DNA of 64,000 nt from Promethearchaeota archaeon (GTDB lineage: Archaea > Asgardarchaeota > Lokiarchaeia > Sigyniarchaeales > SOKP01): positions 256,001 to 320,000 of the forward strand of contig JAEOUA010000012.1 in NCBI GenBank assembly GCA_016839555.1, written 5' to 3'. Under the pieces are notes generated by a model that made no database searches, had not been told where the DNA came from, and saw only the letters and a program-made list of their open reading frames with translations. This document shows, piece after piece, positions 38,557 through 48,745 of the stretch; the stretch's first letter is position 1, and every line of letters starts with the position of its first letter. Both the position numbers and the translations under genes were made by a program.

Positions 38557-40554
38557 ATGAGTTCGGAATTTATAATCGAATCGGAATATCACCCAAAAGG
38601 GGATCAACCTCAAGCAATAGAAATTTTAGCAAAAAATATAAAAAACGGGAAAAAATTTCAAACGCTTTTAGGTGCTACAGGAACAGGTAAAAGCTTCACT
38701 ATAGCGAATGTAATAGAAGAAATACAGAAGCCCACCTTAGTTATGGCTCCTAATAAAACACTAGCTGCTCAATTATACCAAGAATTGAGAGAATTATTCC
38801 CAAATAACGCAGTTCATTATTTTGTCTCTTATTATGATTATTATCAACCTGAAGCCTTTATGCCTGTAACAGGAATGTATATTGAAAAAGATTTTAGTGT
38901 AAATGAAGAAATTGAGCGTTTACGATTAGCAGCTACACATGCTATTAGAACACGAAAAGATGTTATCATTATTGCGACTGTTTCGTGTATTTATGGAATA
39001 GGTAATCCTGAAGTTTGGACAAATATCGCATTAAATTTAGAAGTAGGACAAATTATTGAACGAAAAGAAATCCTCGATAATTTAATTAGAATGAATTACG
39101 AAAGAAAAAATATCGAATTTAAACCAGGAATAGTACGAGTTAAAGGAGATATTATTGATGTTTTTCCAGCTTATTTGGGAACAGCAATTAGGATCTCTTT
39201 ATTTGGTAATGAAGTGGAATCAATTAAAGAAATTCATCCAATATCTCATAATATAATTAGGGACTTACCCAATATTCGAATATTTCCTGCAACTCATTTT
39301 ATTATCCCAGAAGAAAATAAAATTAGCGCTTTAGAATCAATACAACAAGAACTAGAAAATCAATTAATAAAGCTCAAAAAAGAAAAGAAGTATGCCGAAG
39401 CTCAAAGGCTGGAGAGAAGAGTGAAGTTTGACCTTGAAATGATGAGGGAGATGGGATATTGTAAAGGAATTGAAAATTATTCTCGCCATTTAGATGGGAG
39501 AGATCCTGGAACACCCCCAATGTGCTTAATCGATTATTTTCCAAAAGATTTTCTTATCGTAGTTGATGAAAGTCATATAACTATTCCCCAAATACATGGG
39601 ATGATAGGAGGCGATCATTCTCGCAAAAAAAATTTGGTGGAATATGGCTGGAGGTTGCCCAGCGCGTTTGATAACCGACCACTTACTTTTGAAGAGTGGG
39701 AAAGTAAAATCGAATATATCATATTCATGAGTGCAACACCAGGAGATTGGGAATTAAAAAAAAGCGGGGGAATTTCAGCAGAACAAATAATAAGACCAAC
39801 AGGATTAGTAGATCCAAAAATAGAAGTTCATCCAGCAGAAAATCAAATTGATAACCTATTGGCAGAAATTAGAAAAATAATTGAAAAAAATGGAAGAATC
39901 TTAATCACAACATTGACAAAAAGAATGGCAGAGGATATAGCAGAATATTATTCTGAACTCAATATAAAAATTGCATATTTACATAGTGAAGTGGATACAG
40001 TTGAACGATTTGAAATATTACGTAAATTACGGGATGGGACATTTGATGTAGTGGTTGGCATCAATCTTTTAAGAGAAGGCTTGGATCTCCCTGAGGTAGA
40101 ATTAGTTGCTATATTAGATGCAGATAAATTGGGATTTTTAAGAGATGAACGTTCTCTGATACAAACCATTGGACGGGCTTCTCGGAATGTTAATGGGAGA
40201 GCATTATTATATGCAGATAAAATAACACCAGCAATGAAGGATGCCATTGATGAAACAAACAGAAGGAGGGATAAACAGTTAACTTATAATCAAAAACATA
40301 ATATCACGCCTCAAACCATCAGAAAAAACATATTGCGTTCTCTTTCAGAGGAAAAAGAAATTCAAGAAAAAGAGACTAAAAAATTAAAGAAGACAATTGA
40401 AGATAAAATCGAGGAAATAGGGGATATGGATATAATCATCCAATATCTTGAAAATAAAATGTTTTTAGCAGCTAAAGAACTTCGATTCGAAGACGCAGCT
40501 TATTTAAGAGATAAGTTAAATGCATTAAAGCAAGATTATAAAATAAAAGTATGA
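38557..40554 (+). CDS. uvrB: excinuclease ABC subunit B
   Basis: GDQPQAI, GATGTGKS, FVSYYDYYQPEA, GINLLREGLD, UVR tail. Confidence 0.98.
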   Translation: MSSEFIIESEYHPKGDQPQAIEILAKNIKNGKKFQTLLGATGTGKSFTIANVIEEIQKPTLVMAPNKTLAAQLYQELRELFPNNAVHYFVSYYDYYQPEAFMPVTGMYIEKDFSVNEEIERLRLAATHAIRTRKDVIIIATVSCIYGIGNPEVWTNIALNLEVGQIIERKEILDNLIRMNYERKNIEFKPGIVRVKGDIIDVFPAYLGTAIRISLFGNEVESIKEIHPISHNIIRDLPNIRIFPATHFIIPEENKISALESIQQELENQLIKLKKEKKYAEAQRLERRVKFDLEMMREMGYCKGIENYSRHLDGRDPGTPPMCLIDYFPKDFLIVVDESHITIPQIHGMIGGDHSRKKNLVEYGWRLPSAFDNRPLTFEEWESKIEYIIFMSATPGDWELKKSGGISAEQIIRPTGLVDPKIEVHPAENQIDNLLAEIRKIIEKNGRILITTLTKRMAEDIAEYYSELNIKIAYLHSEVDTVERFEILRKLRDGTFDVVVGINLLREGLDLPEVELVAILDADKLGFLRDERSLIQTIGRASRNVNGRALLYADKITPAMKDAIDETNRRRDKQLTYNQKHNITPQTIRKNILRSLSEEKEIQEKETKKLKKTIEDKIEEIGDMDIIIQYLENKMFLAAKELRFEDAAYLRDKLNALKQDYKIKV

Positions 40555-40591
40555 AATTTTTCTTAATTTATTCATTGATTTATTTAAAGCC

Positions 40592-43456
40592 ATGAAAAAT
40601 AATCATATTATCATTAAAGGAGCGAGACAGCATAATCTTAAGAATTTAAATGTTAAAATTCCAAGAAATAAGTTTGTTCTTGTTACAGGAATTAGCGGGA
40701 GTGGAAAGAGTTCTTTAGTTATCAACACTTTATATGCTGAAGGACAGAGAAGATTTTTAGAATCCTTATCAAGTTATGCGAGACAATTTCTAGGTGAGAT
40801 GGATAAACCCGAGGTAGATTCAATTGAAGGCTTATCCCCAGCCATAGCGATTGAACAAAAACCATTATCAAAGAACCCAAGAAGCACTGTGGGAACTGTT
40901 ACTGAAATCTATGATTATTATAGGTTATTATATGCAAATATAGGCATACCACATTGTCCAAAGTGTGGAAAAGAGATCAAACCTCAAACTCCTCAACAGA
41001 TTATTGACCAAGTTTATAATTTATTAAGTGAAGGAGAAAAATTTCTTCTCAAGGCTCCAATAATTAGGGACAGAAAAGGGGAATATAAGGAACTTCTGCA
41101 AGATTTAAAAAAACAAGGATATTATAGGGTTGAGATTGATGGAATTCAATACACTTTGGATGAGGAGATAGACCTTGATAAAAATATTAAACATAACATT
41201 AATGTTATAGTCGATAGATTAATAATGAAAAAGGGGATTAAAACCCGTTTAGCAGATTCTATTGAAACAGCGCTGAACTTATCTGATGGTATATTAATCT
41301 TGGATATAGTAAACAAGGGGGAACAAAGATATTCAGAACATTATGCTTGCTTAGATTGCGGAATTTCTATACCTCCCTTAGATCATAAAATGTTTTCCTT
41401 TAATATTCCTCATGGTAGTTGTAAATATTGTAATGGACTTGGCACTGTTATGGAATTTGATTTTAGATTAATACTGGGGGAAGATTTAAACATTCCTTTA
41501 AATAAAAGTAATATTAGAAATATACCAGGATTTGGTACATTAACGGGATATTCATGGCAAATGATAAATCAAGTTGCAAAATATTATAACTTTGATACAG
41601 ATAAAACTTCTATAAAAAATATTGATCCCAAAAAAATTAGCAAATTATTATATGGTTCTGGGGATGAAGCTATTCATTTTAATTTTAAAAAAGAAGAATT
41701 TAATAGTAAATTCAATAAAAATGATACTCGTTCATCTTATAAATTTGTAAAACCTTTTGAAGGAATTATTCCCATGCTTCATAGGAGATATATGGAGACA
41801 AATTCCATGAGTGCTCGAGAAATATATGAGCAGTTCATGAACAGAATTAATTGTCCAAATTGCAACGGGCAAAAATTAAAACCAGAGAGCAGAGCAGTAA
41901 CCATTCAAGGTCTAAATATTTCTGAATTGACAGAATTACCAGTCAAGGATGAGCTTAAATTTTTTGATAAATTAGAATTAGAAGAGACTCAACAGAAGAT
42001 TGCAAAAGAAATCCTAAAGGAAATAAATGAACGATTATCCTTTTTGGTAAATGTCGGACTTGATTACATCACACTAAGTAGAAGGTCAGACACGTTATCT
42101 GTGGGAGAGGCTGAAAGAATAAGGCTTGCAACGCAATTGGGTTCAAGCTTAGTAGGGGTATTATATGTTTTAGATGAACCTAGCGTAGGACTCCATCAAC
42201 GTGATATTCATCGGTTAATTAATATGCTCAAAAAATTGAGGGATTTAGGAAATACCATAGTAGTTGTGGAACATGATGAAGAAATTATTAGCAGTGCTGA
42301 TCATATTATTGATTTAGGGCCCTTAGCTGGAGAAAAGGGAGGTAGGATCGTCGCTGAAGGAAATTTAGAAACAATCATGAAAGATAAAAATTCTCTCACG
42401 GGAAAATACCTTTCTGGAGAGAAATCAATTAAAGTTCCTAAAAATCGTCGAAAATTTGAAGATTTCATAGAAATTAAAGGCGTAAGACAACATAATTTAA
42501 AAGACATATCAGTAAAAATTCCATTAGGTGTATTCACTTGTGTGACTGGGGTTTCTGGGGCAGGAAAAACAAGTCTTATTGTTGAATGTTTATATCGAGG
42601 ATTAAAAAACCTAGTAAATAAAAGAAGTTCCAATGTAATACCTGGAGATTTTGATGAAATAATTAAATATGAAAAGATCGATAAAATTATTAATATTGAC
42701 CAAAGTCCGATTGGAAAAACTCCTCGCTCAGTTCCTGCAACATATTCAAAATCTTTTAATGATATCAGAAGAATTTTCGCTTCTTTACCAGAAGCTAAAA
42801 GGAGAGGATATCAAAAAGGGCGATTCTCATTCAATACCAGTGAAGGTCAATGTAAAAAATGTAATGGACGAGGATATATACAAAAGGAAATGTATTTTCT
42901 TCCAGATGTTTATATTAAATGTGATTTATGTAATGGGCGCAGATATGATGCGGAAACTCTTAATATAAAGTATAAGGGAAAAAACATAGCAGAAGTATTG
43001 GATATGACCTTTACTCAAGCATTAGAATTTTTTGATAGCTTTCCAAACCTTAAGCGAACGTTACGAACAGTAGAAGATGTTGGTTTAGGGTATTTGGAAT
43101 TAGGTCAGCCCTCTACAACATTAAGTGGAGGAGAATCCCAAAGATTAAAAATAGCCAGACAACTTAGAAAAAAAAGCACAGGTAATACTCTTTATATCCT
43201 CGATGAACCTACCACCGGGCTCCATTATCATGATATAAAATATCTTTTAAAAGTTCTCCAGAGACTAGTAGATAAAGGAAATACTGTGGTAATTATTGAG
43301 CATAATATGGAAATCATTAAATCTGCAGATTATATAATTGATTTAGGTCCAGAAGGAGGGGAAGGAGGAGGTAAAATAGTTGCAGAAGGTCCTCCAGAAG
43401 AAATTATTAATAATGAAAAATCATATACCGCTCAATATCTTAAAAAATACCTTTAA
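40592..43456 (+). CDS. uvrA: excinuclease ABC subunit A
   Basis: GARQHNLK, two Walker A motifs, zinc fingers, LDEP twice. Confidence 0.98.
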   Translation: MKNNHIIIKGARQHNLKNLNVKIPRNKFVLVTGISGSGKSSLVINTLYAEGQRRFLESLSSYARQFLGEMDKPEVDSIEGLSPAIAIEQKPLSKNPRSTVGTVTEIYDYYRLLYANIGIPHCPKCGKEIKPQTPQQIIDQVYNLLSEGEKFLLKAPIIRDRKGEYKELLQDLKKQGYYRVEIDGIQYTLDEEIDLDKNIKHNINVIVDRLIMKKGIKTRLADSIETALNLSDGILILDIVNKGEQRYSEHYACLDCGISIPPLDHKMFSFNIPHGSCKYCNGLGTVMEFDFRLILGEDLNIPLNKSNIRNIPGFGTLTGYSWQMINQVAKYYNFDTDKTSIKNIDPKKISKLLYGSGDEAIHFNFKKEEFNSKFNKNDTRSSYKFVKPFEGIIPMLHRRYMETNSMSAREIYEQFMNRINCPNCNGQKLKPESRAVTIQGLNISELTELPVKDELKFFDKLELEETQQKIAKEILKEINERLSFLVNVGLDYITLSRRSDTLSVGEAERIRLATQLGSSLVGVLYVLDEPSVGLHQRDIHRLINMLKKLRDLGNTIVVVEHDEEIISSADHIIDLGPLAGEKGGRIVAEGNLETIMKDKNSLTGKYLSGEKSIKVPKNRRKFEDFIEIKGVRQHNLKDISVKIPLGVFTCVTGVSGAGKTSLIVECLYRGLKNLVNKRSSNVIPGDFDEIIKYEKIDKIINIDQSPIGKTPRSVPATYSKSFNDIRRIFASLPEAKRRGYQKGRFSFNTSEGQCKKCNGRGYIQKEMYFLPDVYIKCDLCNGRRYDAETLNIKYKGKNIAEVLDMTFTQALEFFDSFPNLKRTLRTVEDVGLGYLELGQPSTTLSGGESQRLKIARQLRKKSTGNTLYILDEPTTGLHYHDIKYLLKVLQRLVDKGNTVVIIEHNMEIIKSADYIIDLGPEGGEGGGKIVAEGPPEEIINNEKSYTAQYLKKYL

Positions 43457-43551
43457 AAAACTTTTTTTAAATAGAATATAGGATTTAATAACAAGAATGA
43501 TTTATTAAGAAAAAAAGTTCTAAAATAGTTCTTTGCTGGTTTGAAGCGAAA

Positions 43552-43974
43552 TTAAAATCCTTTCCAGAATTTCTTTACAGAATCTTCAAAAATTTCCTTA
43601 ATTTCTTCTTCAAAAGACTCAAATATAGTTATATCATTATCCCAATCTTTTATATTGATTAAAGCGGGATATTTTTCAAAAAACCTATCTGAAATACTCT
43701 CTAATTGTTTACTAATTATTTCTTTCTTTATTTTCTTATTAGCACTTCCTATAAACAGTACATCATTTTTCTTGAACAGTATAAATTGTCGGGCGCTTAA
43801 TTCAAAATTAGATAATCCTCCGTCTGATACTTCTTCAGCGAAAGTATTTATAGCTGAAAGTAGAGCTCCAAAAAGTTGAGCCTCTACTTTTTGGTTGTAA
43901 ATATGGTTAAATAGTACTATTCCATCTTGCGTAATTATCCATAACTCGTCCATAATCGTTACCATCTTTACCAA
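43552..43974 (-). CDS. longin/roadblock-like (profilin-fold) protein
   Basis: LWII..DGIVLF...LFGALLSAI.TFA.E followed by three strands and a helix. Confidence 0.7.
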   Translation of the reverse strand: MVKMVTIMDELWIITQDGIVLFNHIYNQKVEAQLFGALLSAINTFAEEVSDGGLSNFELSARQFILFKKNDVLFIGSANKKIKKEIISKQLESISDRFFEKYPALINIKDWDNDITIFESFEEEIKEIFEDSVKKFWKGF

Positions 43975-43996
43975 CCCTATTTTATAAAATTTAATT

Positions 43997-44725
43997 TTAC
44001 TTAATCAATAAATCTTTTAATTTTGTTGGGAGAAAAAACCCTAAATAATACTCAATAGCGCTTGATATTAAGATTATTCTTGTAATGATAAGAGAAAATG
44101 GATTATGTGTTTTTATTAATGCATCTAAGAGAGCCCCCAAGGTAAAAGATATCCAACCTAGGAGGAGAAATTTTCCTTTCCATTTAATTTCTTGTTCTTC
44201 TAATCTCATTGATTTAATAGAGAAATAAATTCCTGTGATTGCAAATATTATTACTCCAACTAATACAAAAATTCTCATCACACTCCCATGGGAAGAATCT
44301 AAAATATTAGCAGGGTTTATTGTTCCAACCCATTCTATTTTGATAACTAATAAAATCAGGAGTGCTAACTCCCAAACCGCAGCATAAATTATTGTAATTA
44401 TTAATATGTTTTTTTTTTGAAAAGGTGTTATAATTTCTGTAAATGCATATATCCAGCATACTAAGCTTAATGGAATAAAAATATTAGCTATAAGTAAATA
44501 GAAAGGATCTGGTATTTGAGTCGAGAAAAATCCATATGAAATGAATTGTATTACAACTCCCCACCATGCGCTAGATATAAAAATATAAGTTAGCCCTACG
44601 GCAATTAATTCATTCCTATTTAATTGTATTGCTTTATAGATAATCCTAAGACCCACAATTATAGCAATCAATACCCAAATAGCCCCAAAGATGCCTTGCA
44701 ATATTTGGAAATTCGAAAATACCAT
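43997..44725 (-). CDS. seven-TM membrane protein
   Basis: seven hydrophobic segments in 242 aa. Confidence 0.8.
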   Translation of the reverse strand: MVFSNFQILQGIFGAIWVLIAIIVGLRIIYKAIQLNRNELIAVGLTYIFISSAWWGVVIQFISYGFFSTQIPDPFYLLIANIFIPLSLVCWIYAFTEIITPFQKKNILIITIIYAAVWELALLILLVIKIEWVGTINPANILDSSHGSVMRIFVLVGVIIFAITGIYFSIKSMRLEEQEIKWKGKFLLLGWISFTLGALLDALIKTHNPFSLIITRIILISSAIEYYLGFFLPTKLKDLLIK

Positions 44726-44967
44726 TTTAAAATCCCAAATTATTATTCTTAATATCTATAATTATATTAAATATCATTATTATTATTAATAAATATATTT
44801 AGACAAAACTAATAAATAAGACTTATATGACTTGTTTTTAGTTTGTATTTCCAAAAAATCCTAATCTTATTATTTAATAATAAGATTAAGTAATTTTGAA
44901 TCCTTTTTCTAATTGAAGATTACAGCAGAATAATAAATAATATAATTATTTAGGAACATGATAAAAG

Positions 44968-46773
44968 ATGTCAGATAACCAAAATAAACCAATAAGAGCA
45001 CCTATAGCCTGTATTCTTGGTCATATTGATCATGGAAAAACGAGTTTACTTGATTATATAAGAGGAACTGTGGTCCAACAAAGGGAAGCTGCTGGAATTA
45101 CTCAACATATTGGAGCTTCCTTCTTCCCAATCGAAGATATTAAAAATTTTTTAAAAAAATCAAAAGAAGAATTTGCAGAAAAGAAATTAAGACTTCCTGG
45201 TTTATTAATAGTGGACACACCTGGGCATGCAGCATTTTTAAATTTAAGGAAGAGAGGTGGGGCCGTTGCAGATATCGCTATCCTTGTTATAGATGTAATT
45301 TCAGGTTCTCAGCCAATAACCTGGGAAAGTGTTAGGATTTTAAGGGAAAGAAATACTCCATTTGTGATTGCAGCTAATAAAATAGATCGAATTCCTGGCT
45401 GGAAACCTATAAAAGATGCTGACTTTACAGATACTTACAAACAGCAAAAAGCTCATGTTCAAGAGTATCTTGATAAAAGTTTATATAGAATTATTGGAGA
45501 CTTTTTAGAGGAAGGTTTTAAAGGTATCGATAGATATGACAAAATTAAAGATTTTACCAAAAAAATTGCGATCGTACCTACTAGTGCAATTACAGGAGAG
45601 GGTATTTCCACATTGTTACTCGTTTTAATGGGATTGGTACAACAATACCTCACCAAAAATTTGCAATTTTCTAAAGGATCCGCAGAGGGAGTAGTGCTTG
45701 AAGTGAAAAAAGAACGTGGATATGGAAAGACTTTAGATGTCTTAATCTATAATGGAATTTTAAGAAAAGGAGATGATTTTATAGTGGGAGGATTAGAAAA
45801 ACCTGTAGTCTCGAAAGTCAGAGCATTATTACTTCCAAAACCTCTGGATGAAATAAGAGATCCTCGACAAAAATTTGATTCTGTCGAAGAAATAAGTGCT
45901 GCAGCTGGCATTAAAATCTTAGCTCCAGACATCGAAGATGTTGTTGCGGGATCTCCCTTTCGGAGTATAGCTAATCCTTCTGATAAAGATAGAATTTATA
46001 AAGAGATTGAGCAAGAAGTTGAAAGAATTAAAATAAAGACAGAAAAGGCAGGAGTAGTATTAAAGGCAGATACTCTTGGGTCTCTTGAAGCATTAGAAAA
46101 TCACTTTTCGAAACAAAGTGTAAAAATAAGCGTGGCTGATGTGGGACCAATTAAAAAAGCAGATATAATTAATGCTTCTATTGTAAAAGAATTTGATCCC
46201 TATTCTGCTGTTATATTAGGTTTTAATGTACCAATATTACCTGAAGCGAGAGAAGAAGCTCAAAAACAAAATATCAGAATCTTTACAAATAATGTGATTT
46301 ATCGGTTATTGGACGATTATCTTGAATATGCAGAAACAAGAAGAGCGAAAGATACTGCTGAAGCGTTGGATGAATTAACCTTACCCGCTAAAATAAAAAT
46401 GTTTCCCGAATATATCTTTCGGAATTCTAATCCGGCCGTTTTTGGAGTTAATGTGGAAGGAGGAACTTTAGAACCAAAAACATCCTTAATTACAGATAAG
46501 GGTAAAAAAGTGGGAAGATTGCACCAAATTCAAGATAAAGGGCAAACTATTGATAAAGCAGAAAAAGACGATGAAGTTGCGATAAGTATAAGAGGAATAG
46601 AAGTTGGAAGAGACATAGATAAAGATGAAACTATGTATGTTCGAGTGCCTGAATCTCATGTCAGGCAATTAATGTCTAAATTTTTAAATGAATTAAGAAC
46701 TGATCACAAAGAAGTTTTAAGAGAATATATAATGTTAATGAGAGAAAAGAATCATCCTTGGTGGGGAATGTAA
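44968..46773 (+). CDS. infB: translation initiation factor aIF5B (IF-2)
   Basis: GHIDHGKTSLLD, GITQHIGA, DTPGH, KADTLGSLEAL. Confidence 0.97.
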   Translation: MSDNQNKPIRAPIACILGHIDHGKTSLLDYIRGTVVQQREAAGITQHIGASFFPIEDIKNFLKKSKEEFAEKKLRLPGLLIVDTPGHAAFLNLRKRGGAVADIAILVIDVISGSQPITWESVRILRERNTPFVIAANKIDRIPGWKPIKDADFTDTYKQQKAHVQEYLDKSLYRIIGDFLEEGFKGIDRYDKIKDFTKKIAIVPTSAITGEGISTLLLVLMGLVQQYLTKNLQFSKGSAEGVVLEVKKERGYGKTLDVLIYNGILRKGDDFIVGGLEKPVVSKVRALLLPKPLDEIRDPRQKFDSVEEISAAAGIKILAPDIEDVVAGSPFRSIANPSDKDRIYKEIEQEVERIKIKTEKAGVVLKADTLGSLEALENHFSKQSVKISVADVGPIKKADIINASIVKEFDPYSAVILGFNVPILPEAREEAQKQNIRIFTNNVIYRLLDDYLEYAETRRAKDTAEALDELTLPAKIKMFPEYIFRNSNPAVFGVNVEGGTLEPKTSLITDKGKKVGRLHQIQDKGQTIDKAEKDDEVAISIRGIEVGRDIDKDETMYVRVPESHVRQLMSKFLNELRTDHKEVLREYIMLMREKNHPWWGM

Positions 46774-46964
46774 TTCTCTATCTTAGATTTTTAAATTTAA
46801 GTTTATTTCATAGCACACTTTAAACCTCTTATTTTAAAATTTTTAGAAAGAGGCGATAGCTATATGATATATAAAGAGTAGTATATTTTTATTTTAATAG
46901 AAAGATAAATAAGATTAAATGAGTGCTAATACCATAAAAACAAATAATTTAAGTAGAAGTCTTT

Positions 46965-48422
46965 ATGTTTGAGAATGATAAAATTTTTTCTGACATATTA
47001 AAGGGAATTAAACCCACGGCCAATGAATTAGCGTTAATAAAAAAAATTATAGTAAAATTAAAAAAACTACTTCGAGAGAAAGCTAGTGAATTAGATATTC
47101 CTTACAAATCAATAGAAGCTCAAGGTTCAACGGGAATAAAACAAACTCAATTAAGAAATGATTTTGATATAGATTTATTCGTTGGATTCGATTATGAACT
47201 ATATAAATCTAAATATACAGGATTAAGTAAAAGAAAAGCAAAAAGCAAAATTAAAGATGAATTTTTATGGTATTGCAATCACTGGTTAAAAGCCTCATTA
47301 ACGCCTCAAGAATTTCAAAATCCTCGATTATTGTATGCAGAGCATCCTTATATTCAAGTTGATTATATAATAGAAGATAAAAAAATAGAGATAGATATCG
47401 TGCTATATTTTGATTTAGATTCAGAATTTATTAAACATTATGGTCCAATTACAGCTGTAGATAGAACTCCCTGGCATGGAAAATTCGTCAGAGATAATTT
47501 GAATTCCAAACAAAAAGATGACGTAAGATTATTAAAACAATTTTTTAAAGCTTGTCATAGTTATGGAGATACAAGCCCAGTCGGTCGGATTGGATTTATT
47601 GGATATAGTGCCGAATTGCTTATTTATCATTTTCATGATATTTTAACGGTATTTCAAAATTTTAAAACGCTCCCTAATACTCCTCTTGACTATTTTCAAA
47701 GGGATAAAAAAAAATTGCGTAATATCCCTCATTTTCAAAATGATTATCTTATCATTACCGATCCTATCGATGAAAAACGAAATGTTGCATCTGCCATTTC
47801 GCAAAAAGCATATAAATACTGTAATTATCGAATTAATCAATTTTTAAAAAGTCCAAATAAAAAATTTTTTGAAATAGAAGAAATCCCAGAATTTTATCCA
47901 ACAGAAGAACTAAAAGTAGTGCCACACCTCTTTAATATCGAATTTATAAATACAGATGAGAGCGTTCATTATACAGAAAATAGAGATAAATTATATTCTT
48001 TAGCTTCCTTTATAATTACCCATGGAGAAAAAGAATTTGATCATGAGTCTAGATTTGGTGAGATTCTTTTTGAAGTCTATTTTATACCAAAAATTCAGGA
48101 ATATAATCTTGCATTATACTGTGAAAATCCAGAGATTTCACAATATTATGAAAGAAGAGGACCTCCATTGAAGCAAAAAAAACATTCCGAAAAATTCAAA
48201 CGAAAACATGATAATTTTTATATTAGAAATGGTTTTTTATGGGTAAAAACAAAACGAGAATATACCTCTTTTCTCAATTTTTTAATTAACATAATAAAGA
48301 ATAGAATCCCTGATAATTTACGAATTCAAAACATTTCAAACTCATTAAATGTAAAATCCTCTTCCGGTAAACAAGCTCTATATGTTTTAAATAATATGGT
48401 CTTGCCTTTCTATAGGGTTTAA
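46965..48422 (+). CDS. cca: class I CCA-adding enzyme
   Basis: GS...T.L..DFDIDLF, YAEHPY, TAVDRTPWH, GF.GY.AELL, DPID..RNVASA. Confidence 0.92.
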   Translation: MFENDKIFSDILKGIKPTANELALIKKIIVKLKKLLREKASELDIPYKSIEAQGSTGIKQTQLRNDFDIDLFVGFDYELYKSKYTGLSKRKAKSKIKDEFLWYCNHWLKASLTPQEFQNPRLLYAEHPYIQVDYIIEDKKIEIDIVLYFDLDSEFIKHYGPITAVDRTPWHGKFVRDNLNSKQKDDVRLLKQFFKACHSYGDTSPVGRIGFIGYSAELLIYHFHDILTVFQNFKTLPNTPLDYFQRDKKKLRNIPHFQNDYLIITDPIDEKRNVASAISQKAYKYCNYRINQFLKSPNKKFFEIEEIPEFYPTEELKVVPHLFNIEFINTDESVHYTENRDKLYSLASFIITHGEKEFDHESRFGEILFEVYFIPKIQEYNLALYCENPEISQYYERRGPPLKQKKHSEKFKRKHDNFYIRNGFLWVKTKREYTSFLNFLINIIKNRIPDNLRIQNISNSLNVKSSSGKQALYVLNNMVLPFYRV

Positions 48423-48745
48423 TCTACTTTTAAAAGATTTTTGAAATATTATTTTAAGATCCTTAAAATCAATCCAATTAAATATTATTAATATCTCATT
48501 GAACATAATTCGTATATTATTATAGCTAAAAGAATCAATTTAATTGACAATGAAGGAAATACTCCTAAGAAACATTATCACGAAAAATTCAAATAAAATA
48601 TTATAAATAAGAGATTCTTAAAAAAGCTTTTATTTTTTAAATTAATAAGACTTTTTTGATATGATTCACTATCTTTTTTAAATTAAAATATTATTTTTAT
48701 TGAATATATTGAGTTTAAAATTAAAAATATAAATTGTGAATTACA

